Positions 47,520 to 57,690 of a stretch of DNA of 64,000 nt are shown in pieces; within the stretch, counting starts at the first letter, position 1; each line of letters opens with the position of its first letter. Source of the stretch: Psilocybe cubensis. Its lineage: Eukaryota. Under the pieces are notes generated by a model. That model did not search any database. It saw nothing but the letters and a program-made list of their open reading frames with translations, and was not told the origin of the DNA. The stretch lies in assembly GCA_017499595.2 (NCBI GenBank), contig CM039004.1, forward strand, positions 2,046,001 through 2,110,000, in the 5' to 3' direction. The position numbers and the translations under genes are program-made.

Positions 47520-49231
47520 GTGACATCATGTCACATGCCCGAAAGCATCACATATCTTATAACAAGCTCCCTTCATCCTTCCTTCCTCACAAACACCGCC
47601 TGGTCCACCACGCATCTCGAGAAGCCAAGGTGCTTCACCATAATCTCAACCAACTGCTTGTACCAGCCCCGACCCGCCTGCTTGAGGCTGTACAAGGCCT
47701 TTCGAAGATGATAGACCTGGGTGGAGGATGATAAGGTTGCAATAGTGTAACCAGGTACTTGTTGCATGTAAATGACCTTGTCGGGCTTGAGAACTCCGTT
47801 AAAATAAGCCCCTTTGATGTTGATTTGCTAAATTTTGTAGTCATTGACTAGAGCAACTACAAGAATAGCCCAGATCAAAGCAAGACACAAAACGGGGGCG
47901 AACATGTTGAAGTAGTCGATACCTGGCACCTGGGAGAAGCCCTGCGCAATGAAACGCGCCTTGTAGCGTACAACATTGCCTACATTGTCTTTTTTCGCAC
48001 AGTACACCCATTTTAAACCAACAATATTTGTGTTTTCAGGTGCATTAATAATTTCCCATGTCCCTGCTTTCTTCAGCAGCTCCATCTCCTTATCCATCGC
48101 CGCCTTCCATAGCAGCCAGTCTGGATGCCTCTTTGCCTCTGTCAACAACCGCGGTTCAAATGCCTCCGCATCAGCAGCATCAGCAACAAGTGCGTACACG
48201 TCATTGTACTCGATGACATCATATTCAGCCAGGAGCAATGCATCCTTCCCCTCAATCTCGGCAGATTGTAAAGACGGGGTGCAGAAAGATCAGTGGAGGG
48301 CAGGGTGACACCTGGATCGCAAAGATGGGGGTGCAGGAGGATTAATAGAGGGCAGGGTGACGCCTTTGGTGATCTTGGGATCACTGGGACGATACAAAGC
48401 AATGCCTATGCCTTTGAGGATGTCGCGGATGCGCCAGGTGGGCTTTCAAGCATGTTTTGGACACACCTCGGGCTCTGAGGCGCTATCCATGGCGTTATTG
48501 GGTTCAATTTTGATGCAAGGTTTTGCTTGGGACATGGTAGGGGTTGCCTGAGATTTGATAGTGGCTTTGATAGGCTGATTTGTAGCCCAATCATCGGTGA
48601 GTTTGTCTGTCTTTGCCTTGACTATTTCCCATTCCTCCCCCTCAAGACAAGAGACTGACGAGAGTGTTTTGTCATAATAGACATTACGCTCTACCGTTAC
48701 CATCATTTTATCCAGCCAGTACACCCTCACACCCTTCGACTTCTCATCAACGCCCAGCCATTATCCTTCCTTCACCCACCCGCCCAGCTTCATAGCATCC
48801 ATCTCCAGTCGCACCCAGACCTTTTTGCCGAACTCGCAAAGCTTGCTAAAGTTGGGCTTCTTGCTGAATGCGGCCTCATAGGGTGTTACACCCTTGAGTG
48901 CCCTTGTCGACATGCGGTTCAACAACCAGACAACATAATGATAGGCTTTGCCCCACAACAAATTCAGAAGGCCGCTGGCATGCAGAAGCGCACGCACACA
49001 CTCGATGATGGTGCGGTTGTGCCATTCCGCAACTCTGTTGAATTGCGGTGTGTCATGGACAGTTTGCTTCTGGGTGGTACCTCGGGTCTTTAGGTGAGCT
49101 ATAAACACTTTTCCTTCGTATTTGCCACCCTTATCCGAGTGCAAGCAGTTAATGTGAACACCGAATTGTGTTTCACACCACACTTTGTATTTGCAATAGG
49201 CCTTGAAAGTGTTGGATTTGAGTCGGAGCAC
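47520..49231 (-). mobile_element. Degenerate Copia fragment (integrase core to RT) from a different family
   Basis: LHSDKGGKY, HDTPQFNRVAE, YKARFIAQGFSQVPGIDY, LRKALYSLKQAGRGW, with stops; no LTRs seen. Confidence 0.85.
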
Positions 49232-49244
49232 TAGTAGCTGCCAC

Positions 49245-49640
49245 CTATTTCATTATATTATAGGTAACTGCCTGCAAGGCAATCTGCAAGTTTGCCTAAA
49301 ACTTTTAATGATGTATTTCATAAAATGTCTAAGGCATTTCATTTTCTGTACAGAGGTGTATTTCATGGCACATTAGCATGCATTTCATTATATTTCATTT
49401 TATTCTTGTATGGATTTTATAGAATATTTCATTGCATATATAATATGCTTTCATTCTGATTTCATTCCGCTTTCTGATCATTTTATTACATTTTTCATTT
49501 GATTTCATTACTTGTTGGCTTGATTTCAATTCAATTAAAGGCTATTTCATTCCACTGTTCTCATCAATTTCATTGTGATTTCATTTCTATCTTGAAGTAT
49601 TTCATTAGCTGTAGGGGTAATTTCATTATGATTTCATATC
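49245..49640 (+). repeat. Cluster of about 17 same-strand TTTCAT words
   Basis: Irregularly spaced tttcat in about 400 bp of AT-rich DNA, counted by eye. Confidence 0.7.
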
Positions 49641-50108
49641 TAATCTTATGATTATCTAGGCTTGATATGTTGAAGCAGGCGAGCTCGGGGCAGTGTGAGC
49701 TACTCGGCGACCTAGTTATAGAATGTAGAGCGCAGGGATAAGCGAGCACGAAGCGTCTGAAGTCCAAAGTGAGTAACTAGATGAATTAAGCAAAGTGCTA
49801 ACAAACTAACCTGAAGTCCAAAGTGAGTAACTGGGGACCTCAGGATGTAAACTAGAGTGACTATATACTATGTAGACTCAAGTACTCTGGTCTACCTAGG
49901 TCTACTCTGGTCCGGTCCAGACCAGTCTATAGACTGATAAATATCATGTGTCTAGAATGGTCTGGAGAGCAAATGAAGTTAAGAAGAAAGTAATCTAATC
50001 TGATAAGATAGCAAAGTGAGGGAGACATAGAGAGCAGTTTTAACACTCCCCCCTGTTCTGACAAGTCTCCAGAACAAAGAAAAATAAAGCAAAACAGAAA
50101 AAGAAAGA

Positions 50109-53006
50109 TTAAAGTTTGAGACCCATTTTATCTCTACAAAAGTCCACTTTAGGAGGTGAGAGGGGTTTGGTAAGAATATCAGCAGCTTGCTGATCAGTAG
50201 GAATATAAGAAGGAGAAATCTTTCCAACATTAACAGCATCCCTAAGCCAATAATAGCGCAAATCAAGGTGCTTCATCCGTCCATGGTGCTCTGGATTCTT
50301 GGAAACACTGATAGATGACTGGTTGTCCATATGCAGCACAGAGGGCTCAGTGACTGTGTAGCCAAACTCCTCAAGGATATTGCGCATCCACACAATTTCC
50401 TTGGCTGCCTCCACCGCAGCAATGTACTCTGCCTCAGTAGTAGACAGAGTTACAACAGTTTGGAGTTTGCTTGCCCAGCCAATAGCACCTCCAGCTAGAA
50501 CGGTCAAATAACCACTCGTAGAGCGTCCAGTATCTACACAATCACCATGTGCAGCATCAGTGTAGGTAACAAAGTTATCATGGCCCATAGCGCCAGAATA
50601 AGTCAACTTGTAATCCAGAGTGCCTCTGAGGTAGCTGAATAAATGTTTAACCGCAGCCCAATGCTTAGGCCCAGGATTGGAGTTGAAGCATGCCAGATAG
50701 GACACAGTAAAAGCAATGTCAGGACGGGTCATGGTGGCTAGATACTGCAAAGAGCCAACTGCATTGAGGTAGGGAACATTTCGCATAAATTCCACCTCAT
50801 CTCCATTCTGAGGTCCATCTGCCTTGGAAAGAACAGTGCCCACAGCCATAGGTGTTTTGACCGGATTAGAATCAGTCATGCCATATGTATTAAGCATATC
50901 GAGGATATACTGACGCTGATGCAAGGAAATGGTTTTAGCAGCCATATCTCGCTCAATGGCAACACCAAGTAAATACTGTGTAGGACCCAGATCACGGAGT
51001 TTAAAATGCGCAGCTAGCTGCTTAACAGCTCTATCTATGGCAGTGTCCGATTTGGAGGCAAAGGTAATGTCATCAATGTAAATGGGAACAATAATCTTTA
51101 CATCTCCATCCGAATAGATGTAGACAGAGCGATCTGATTCTATACGCTTGAACCCCATATCTGACAATGCCTCATGCAACTTGAGGTTCCATTGACGTGC
51201 AGACTGCTTAAGACCATAGAGCGACTTTTTGAGTTTCAAAACCATGTTAGGACCACCTTGGTGAAATCCTTCAGGTTGTAACATGTAAATCTCCTCGTCA
51301 AGGTCACCTTTAGTGAAAGCAGCTGTAATATCAACAGAGCGCAACTTCAAGTCTCCAATGGCGGCCAGAGCCACAATCAAGCGGAAAGTAGCAGGGCGGA
51401 AAGTAGGAGCAAAGACCTCATGGTAATCAATGCCAGGGCGCTGACTGTAGCCCTTGGCAACAATACGAGCCTTGTAGCGCTCTATACTGCCATCTGCATT
51501 TCGCTTGATTTTAAAGACCCAACCACAGCCAATTGCCTTTTGACCCGGAGGGAGCTCAACTCGCTCCCAAGTTTGATTGTGCTGCAACAGATTGAATTCT
51601 GTGTTAGCAGCCTCTTCCCACATGTGCGCATCAGGCGCTTTCATTGCCTGTTTGAATGTGCGCGGATCTGCGCTTGAAACAAGCCCAGCAAACTCCACCT
51701 CTTCAAATCCAGGATCATTGGCTTCAGAAGGTTCAGGATCATGTGAGACCTTCCACCATTCACCAGGCTGCTTAGGAACGCGAGTAGTGCGTCTTAACGT
51801 TGCAGGATCAACTGGAGCACGCTGGCGGCGTGCAGGCTTAGGAGGAGGTGCAGGAACGGCCTCAGGCTGTGGCGGTTCAGCTGGCTGTTCAGGAGGCGCA
51901 ATAGGCACTTCTGGCTCAATGACAGGACTTGGAGTAGAGTCATCCTCATCATCATCAAAATTGAAGCCATTAGAGTCCCCCCCTGAATTGGGAGGTGGTG
52001 CACTTGCAGAAGAAGTGGGAAGAAGGTCAAACTTTGGCATAGGGCCAGTGGACACCCCAGGGAAGCACCTTTCGTCGAAATCAGCTCTCTCAGAGATAAT
52101 AAACCTTTTGGTGACTGGGTTGTAAAACTCCCAACCCTTGTACCCAGTAGGATACCCAACAAAGATACACTTCTCCATATGAGGCTGCAACGATTTGCGC
52201 TTATCTCCCTGAACATAAACATATGCAAGGCAACCCCAAACCCTCAAATGACTAACATCAGGTTTGTGCTTGTTCCAGCTTTCATACGGAGTCTTGTCCG
52301 GTAGAGGAGCTGTAGGAACACGATTCCATACATGCATGTATGCTGCAACACAGCGACCCCAAAACGAAGGTGGAACACGAGCCTCATTGAGCATGGAAGT
52401 AACATGTTCTGCCATGGTGCGATTTGCACGCTCTGCAACTCCGTTCTGTTGTGGGCGATTTCGCGTTGTATGACGACGCTCAATGCCACACTGGTCAGTG
52501 AATTTGATGAAAGCATTTGACATGTATTCACCAGCTTTGTCATCCTGCAGCGCTTTGATCTTAAAGCTTAATTTGTTCTCAGCCCATGCTTTGTACGTTT
52601 GAAATGCACTGAATGCATCGCTTTTGCGCTTAAGAAGCACAGCAGCTCTACTCTTTGTATGGTCATCAATAAAGGTTATCCAGTAGCGATAGCCTTCAGG
52701 AGTAGGGGGCAAGATAGGACCTTCCAGATCTGAGAAGATAAGCGCAAGCGGAACATCTGACATGCTTGGTGAAGAAGGAAATGGGTTGGAATGCATCTTG
52801 CCTGCAAGGCAAGGTTCACAAATGGGGTCAGGCTGTTGCTGTGAATTCAGCTTGAGTCCGGTAACCATACCCTCTCTAATCATCTTCTGGATGTCAGTGT
52901 AGCTATGATGAGCAAAGCGACGATGCCAGAGACTGATATCAAGGGGTAGAGTGGAATTGGAGGAAATAAAGGCAGACTCCGAAATAGGAACTGTATAACC
53001 GTTCAA
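50109..53006 (-). CDS. pol: Copia A pol: GAG-pre-integrase, integrase, RT, RNase H (open, but out of frame with gag-PR)
   Basis: LWHRRFAH, CEPC, QQNGVAER, YKARIVAKG, SLYGLKQS, YIDD, KHLDLRYY, ADILTK. Confidence 0.93.
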   Translation of the reverse strand: MNGYTVPISESAFISSNSTLPLDISLWHRRFAHHSYTDIQKMIREGMVTGLKLNSQQQPDPICEPCLAGKMHSNPFPSSPSMSDVPLALIFSDLEGPILPPTPEGYRYWITFIDDHTKSRAAVLLKRKSDAFSAFQTYKAWAENKLSFKIKALQDDKAGEYMSNAFIKFTDQCGIERRHTTRNRPQQNGVAERANRTMAEHVTSMLNEARVPPSFWGRCVAAYMHVWNRVPTAPLPDKTPYESWNKHKPDVSHLRVWGCLAYVYVQGDKRKSLQPHMEKCIFVGYPTGYKGWEFYNPVTKRFIISERADFDERCFPGVSTGPMPKFDLLPTSSASAPPPNSGGDSNGFNFDDDEDDSTPSPVIEPEVPIAPPEQPAEPPQPEAVPAPPPKPARRQRAPVDPATLRRTTRVPKQPGEWWKVSHDPEPSEANDPGFEEVEFAGLVSSADPRTFKQAMKAPDAHMWEEAANTEFNLLQHNQTWERVELPPGQKAIGCGWVFKIKRNADGSIERYKARIVAKGYSQRPGIDYHEVFAPTFRPATFRLIVALAAIGDLKLRSVDITAAFTKGDLDEEIYMLQPEGFHQGGPNMVLKLKKSLYGLKQSARQWNLKLHEALSDMGFKRIESDRSVYIYSDGDVKIIVPIYIDDITFASKSDTAIDRAVKQLAAHFKLRDLGPTQYLLGVAIERDMAAKTISLHQRQYILDMLNTYGMTDSNPVKTPMAVGTVLSKADGPQNGDEVEFMRNVPYLNAVGSLQYLATMTRPDIAFTVSYLACFNSNPGPKHWAAVKHLFSYLRGTLDYKLTYSGAMGHDNFVTYTDAAHGDCVDTGRSTSGYLTVLAGGAIGWASKLQTVVTLSTTEAEYIAAVEAAKEIVWMRNILEEFGYTVTEPSVLHMDNQSSISVSKNPEHHGRMKHLDLRYYWLRDAVNVGKISPSYIPTDQQAADILTKPLSPPKVDFCRDKMGLKL

Positions 53007-54247
53007 TAAAGCGCAGTTTGATGTACTAACATCTGCAGAGAAGAGACAAGCTCCTTTGCGATGAGATTAGCATCAATGGTGATTTTGAAGCCTTTGTGCT
53101 TTGTGAGGTATAGAACAGACAGTAGATTGTTTCGGAGATCTGGTACATGTAAAACTCTAGTTAACTCGACGCCTCTTGACTTTATTCCATTTACAACTGG
53201 TTCAAAGAACACAGTGCCCACCCCTGCAGAATAAATAACTCGTTCATCTGCTAATCGGATTGGAATGCGAAGGGGGGTGTAATTTCTAACCCAATTGCGA
53301 TGGGGCGTCATATGAGAAGTCGCCCCTGTGTCTGCAATCCAATCGTCATTAGTTTGGGGTGAAATGGAAGAGGGAACATCGGTATTAAGAGCACTTGCAT
53401 TTCCAGCAAATTCCATGTCCTTGGACTCTTTTTCCTCACTGGATGCCTCTGAGGCCTTGTGCGCTCTATTGCCTTTGCGAGCCGCTTTGACACGCTCCTT
53501 CGCATCCTTTTGCGCAGCAATAAACTTGTGACACTTGTCCATTGCATGGTTGGTCATATCACAAAATGCGCACTTGGGCTTGGATGCAGAAGGGGCTGGA
53601 GCGGTTTGGAACGCGGTGGCGAGTGCAGGCAACTCCGAAGCGCGGCGACGTCGCTGTATGTCCTCTGTGACAAAGGCTTGATGAATTGTAGCCTTGTCCA
53701 ACTTGTCCAAAAGGAGAAGTGAGGATGCAAATGAACTGTACTCTTCTGGGAGTGCCCTGACCAGAGCAAGCGAAGCAAGCTCTTCATCAAGCTTAGCCAG
53801 ATCAAACCCCTTAGGGCGAAGCTGCTGAATTAGCAACATGGCTTGCTCAACTCTATTGATCAGGGTTTGAAGGTTTTCACCTTCCTCCTTTCGGATTGAG
53901 AACAGATCATCATATGCATTAAAGCGGTTGCCAGGGCGCTTTTGCTGATGTACAGCAGCGAGGGCATCCCACATCTTGATAGGATCATCCTTGATGGCTT
54001 CCACATGAACCCTCTGATCATTCTCCAAACTGAGATAGATCAAACCACATGCTTTGTCTCTCTGCTCAAAGTAGATTTCAAGCAAAGCTTCCTCCTGAGC
54101 AGTAGGCTTGTCTGAGAGCGTTGGCTGTGCTCTAGCACCGCTGACAATGCGCCATATCCCTTTAGACTGGAGATAGGCGGTCATCTGGCCTGCCCAGGTG
54201 TTGTAGTTGGTTGAGTTCAATGGAGTGATTTGGGGATCAGAAGTCAT
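53003..54247 (-). CDS. gag: Copia A gag plus protease
   Basis: Likely start MTSDPQ at 54247; LNSTNYNTW, knuckle CAFCDMTNHAMDKC, WIADTGATSHM, VLHVPDL. Confidence 0.9.
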   Translation of the reverse strand: MTSDPQITPLNSTNYNTWAGQMTAYLQSKGIWRIVSGARAQPTLSDKPTAQEEALLEIYFEQRDKACGLIYLSLENDQRVHVEAIKDDPIKMWDALAAVHQQKRPGNRFNAYDDLFSIRKEEGENLQTLINRVEQAMLLIQQLRPKGFDLAKLDEELASLALVRALPEEYSSFASSLLLLDKLDKATIHQAFVTEDIQRRRRASELPALATAFQTAPAPSASKPKCAFCDMTNHAMDKCHKFIAAQKDAKERVKAARKGNRAHKASEASSEEKESKDMEFAGNASALNTDVPSSISPQTNDDWIADTGATSHMTPHRNWVRNYTPLRIPIRLADERVIYSAGVGTVFFEPVVNGIKSRGVELTRVLHVPDLRNNLLSVLYLTKHKGFKITIDANLIAKELVSSLQMLVHQTALY

Positions 54248-54636
54248 TATTGCGAATTGCGAAGGAACGCGTAAGCGGATGGATACGAGTGTTGGTAGTA
54301 ATGTGTGGGGATGTGTAATAATGTGTGGAAACAAACTAGGCGTTACCCGGAGCTCGGGGTGCGATGCGAACGCAAGTGGAAAAGACGAAGTTAAACTAGC
54401 CTAATTTAAAAGGGTTACTTTAACTAGAAATAACTCGGGGATTAGGCGACGGGGGCCCGCTCAACCGAGGTTAACAAGTCGCGTAAGGCGTGCTCGTTCA
54501 ACCCTACTAGCAGCGGCAATGTATGGCCGGGCCTGGTAGAGGATAAAAAGCAAAAAAGACTAAAATGACCGTTTTGTGAAAACTATGCAGAAAGCAACTT
54601 GGTTCGCAAAACACGGAATTGGAGCGCTTAGAGCGC

Positions 54637-54649
54637 GGGGCCCATAACC
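54637..54649 (-). promoter_or_regulatory. Copia A PBS GGTTATGGGCCCG, internal (half-molecule) tRNA-iMet type
   Basis: Directly follows the 5' LTR; the GGTTATGGGCCC core is the anticodon-arm type site used by Drosophila copia and similar elements. Confidence 0.8.
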
Positions 54650-55808
54650 TGTTGAAGCAGGCGAGCTCGGGGCAGTGTGAGCTACTCGGCGACCTAGTTA
54701 TAGAACGTAGGGCGCAGGGATAAGCGAGCACGAAGCGTCTGAAGTCCAAAGTGAGTAACTAGATGAATTAAGCAAAGTGCTAACAAACTAACCTGAAGTC
54801 CAAAGTGAGTAACTGGGGACCTCAGGATGTAAACTAGAGTGACTATATACTATGTAGACTCAAGTACTCTGGTCTACCTAGGTCTACTCTGGTCCGGTCC
54901 AGACCAGTCTATAGACTGATAAATATCATGTGTCTAGAATGGTCTGGAGAGCAAATGAAGATAAGAAGAAAGTAATCTAATCTGATAAGATAGCAAAGTG
55001 AGGGAGACATAGAGAGCAGTTTTAACATGATAATCTTATACCAGATTGATTAGTGCATGCTATTTTTGGCCCAGGAACTTGGACTAAATATATTAGAATT
55101 AAGGCTAACAGCCATCACATCAGGGCCCTGTCCCTGCCCCTTTCTTTGGCTCCTGGCTTTATAAATAATACTCATCCTATGCTACTTTTGTGCATTGCTG
55201 GCAATGGATTGGGCACTTTTAGGGGCATTTCTAGACCGTTTCCCTTGGTGTTTCTTGGTAAACCTATAGTTTCAAGGTGTCCCAATCCAAATTTAAAATT
55301 AAAATTGAATCATCTTTACTTATTATTGTGCAATTAAGCGTATGATGTTTTGGCCAAAAAGCGCACCTTGAATAGCACCCTCCAGGGGTTGGTATGCACT
55401 TTTCTGACTATGCTATTATTTTTTATTTATGTTGGATGGAGTACATGCCAAGTTTTAGCTTAATTGGAGCAGTAAAACCTATTGATCTAGATTATGCACT
55501 CTATCTCTCTTCCTGCCCCTTGTATAAATGTCTTTCTGATCAGATACATGTAGGCCCCACTGGGGATGAGTTGGTGCCTACCATACTAATTTTTGGAGCC
55601 TAAAATCTTAGTACAACTCTCTACTATTTAAGGGTACTACCCCCCATCCTCACCATAATTTGTATATTTTATTATGGGATAGAATAGTCATTTCTAGCAC
55701 ATCTAGGTATGTAAAGCTGCTCTATACAGTGCCACAAACACAATACATATGTTTGAAACATTCTGGATGAAGAAGAACACCTTGGTTATGAGGCAAACAA
55801 GTAGGGGT

Positions 55809-55931
55809 TAGATATGGGGTTCAAGCATATAGAATCAGATTGCTCTATCTATATTTATTCAGATGAAAATGTGAAGATTATTGTGCCTATTTATATTGAT
55901 GATATTATCTTTGTCTCCAAATTGGACATTG
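55809..55931 (+). mobile_element. Short decayed Copia RT fragment (YIDD region)
   Basis: Aligns by eye to about 60708-60830 with many transitions. Confidence 0.7.
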
Positions 55932-57690
55932 TGCAAATGGTAGTAGTATAGAGTGCTACAAGGCTTATATCATTGCCAAGGGCTATAGTTAGTGCCCTGG
56001 TGTTGATTACCATGAAGTCTTTGCTCCTACTTTCTGTCCTGCCATTTTCCGCTTGATTGTGGCTCTGGCCGCCATTGGAGACTTGAAGTTATGTGATGTT
56101 GATATTACAACTGCTTTTATTTAAGCAGTCTATATGTCAATAGAATCTCAAGTTGTTGAAGCAGGCGAGCTCGGGGCAGTGTGAGCTACTCGGCGACCTA
56201 GTTATAGAACGTAGGGCGCAGGGATAAGCGAGCACGAAGCGTCTGAAGTCCGAAGTGAGTAACTGAGTGAATTGAGCAAAGTGCTAACAAACTAACCTGA
56301 AGTCCGAAGTGAGTAACTGGGGACTTCAGGATGTAAACTAGAGTGACTATATACTGTGTAGACTCAAGTACTCTGGTCTACCTAGGTCTCTCTGGTCCGG
56401 TCCAGACCAGTCTATGGACTGATAAATATCATGTGTCTAGAATGGTCTGGAGAGCAAATGAAGATAAGAAGAAAGTAATCTAATCTGATAAGATAGCAAA
56501 GTGAGGGAGACATAGAGAGCAGTTTTAACACTCCTCCCTGTTCTGACAAGTCTCCAGAACAAAGAAAAATAAAGCAAAACAGAAAAAGAAAGATTAAAGT
56601 TTGAGACCCATTTTATCTCTACAAAAGTCCACTTTAGGAGGTGAGAGGGGTTTGGTAAGAATATCAGCAGCTTGCTGATCAGTAGGAATATAAGAAGGAG
56701 AAATCTTTCCAACATTAACAGCATCCCTAAGCCAATAATAGCGCAAATCAAGGTGCTTCATCCGTCCATGGTGCTCTGGATTCTTGGAAACACTAATAGA
56801 TGACTGGTTGTCCATATGCAGCACAGAGGGCTCAGTGACTGTGTAGCCAAACTCCTCAAGGATATTGCGCATCCACACAATTTCCTTGGCTGCCTCCACC
56901 GCAGCAATGTACTCTGCCTCAGTAGTAGACAGAGTTACAACAGTTTGGAGTTTGCTTGCCCAGCCAATAGCACCTCCAGCTAGAACGGTCAAATAACCAT
57001 TCGTAGAGCGTCCAGTATCTACACAATCACCATGTGCAGCATCAGTGTAGATGACAAAGTTATCATGGCCCACAGCGCCAGAATAAGTCAACTTGTAATC
57101 CAGAGTGCCTCTGAGGTAGCGGAATAAATGTTTAACCGCAGCGCAATGCTTAGGCCCAGGATTGGAGTTGAAGCATGCCAGATAGGACACAGTAAAAGGA
57201 ATGTCAGGACAGGTCATGGTGGCTAGATACTGCAATGAACTGCATTGAGTAGGGAACATTTTGCATAAATTTCACCTCATCTCCATTCTGAGATCCATCT
57301 GCCTTGGACAGAACAGTGCCCACAACCATAGGTGTTTTGACCAGATTAGAATCAGTCATGCCATATGTATCAAGCATATTGAGGATATACTGATGCTGAT
57401 GCAAGAAAATGGTTTTAGCAGCCATATCTCACTCAATGGCAACACTAAGTAAATACTGTGTAGGACCCAGATCACGGAGTTCAAAACGCGCAGCTAGCTG
57501 CTTAACAGCTCTATCTATGGCGGCGTCCGATTTGGAGGCAAAGGTGATGTCATCAATGTAAATGGGAACAATAATCTTCACATCTCCATCTGAATAGATG
57601 TAGACAGAGCAATCTGATTCTATACGCTTTAACCCCATATCTGACAATGCCTCATGCAACTTGAGGTTCCATTGACGTGCAGACTGCTTA
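55932..57690 (-). repeat. Inverted duplicate of 60661-62424: Copia RT/RNase H 3' part, LTR 56154-56530 and about 220 bp of flank
   Basis: Similarity extends past the LTR into the flank (atctcaagt|tgttgaagc versus gcttcaaca|acttgagat). Confidence 0.92.

Larger units (their letters stand above)
49668..55027 (-). mobile_element. Complete Ty1/Copia element A (5360 bp)
   Basis: 378 bp LTRs at 54650-55027 and 49668-50045, nearly identical, TG...CA; TSD TGATA (49663-49667, 55028-55032); PPT at about 50046-50054; IN before RT. Confidence 0.97.

Noticed and set aside
57654..57690. ATG start of the 404 aa gag ORF (MQLEVPLTCRLL)
   Set aside because: These codons are antisense RT sequence joined at the fold-back junction, not the native gag start.
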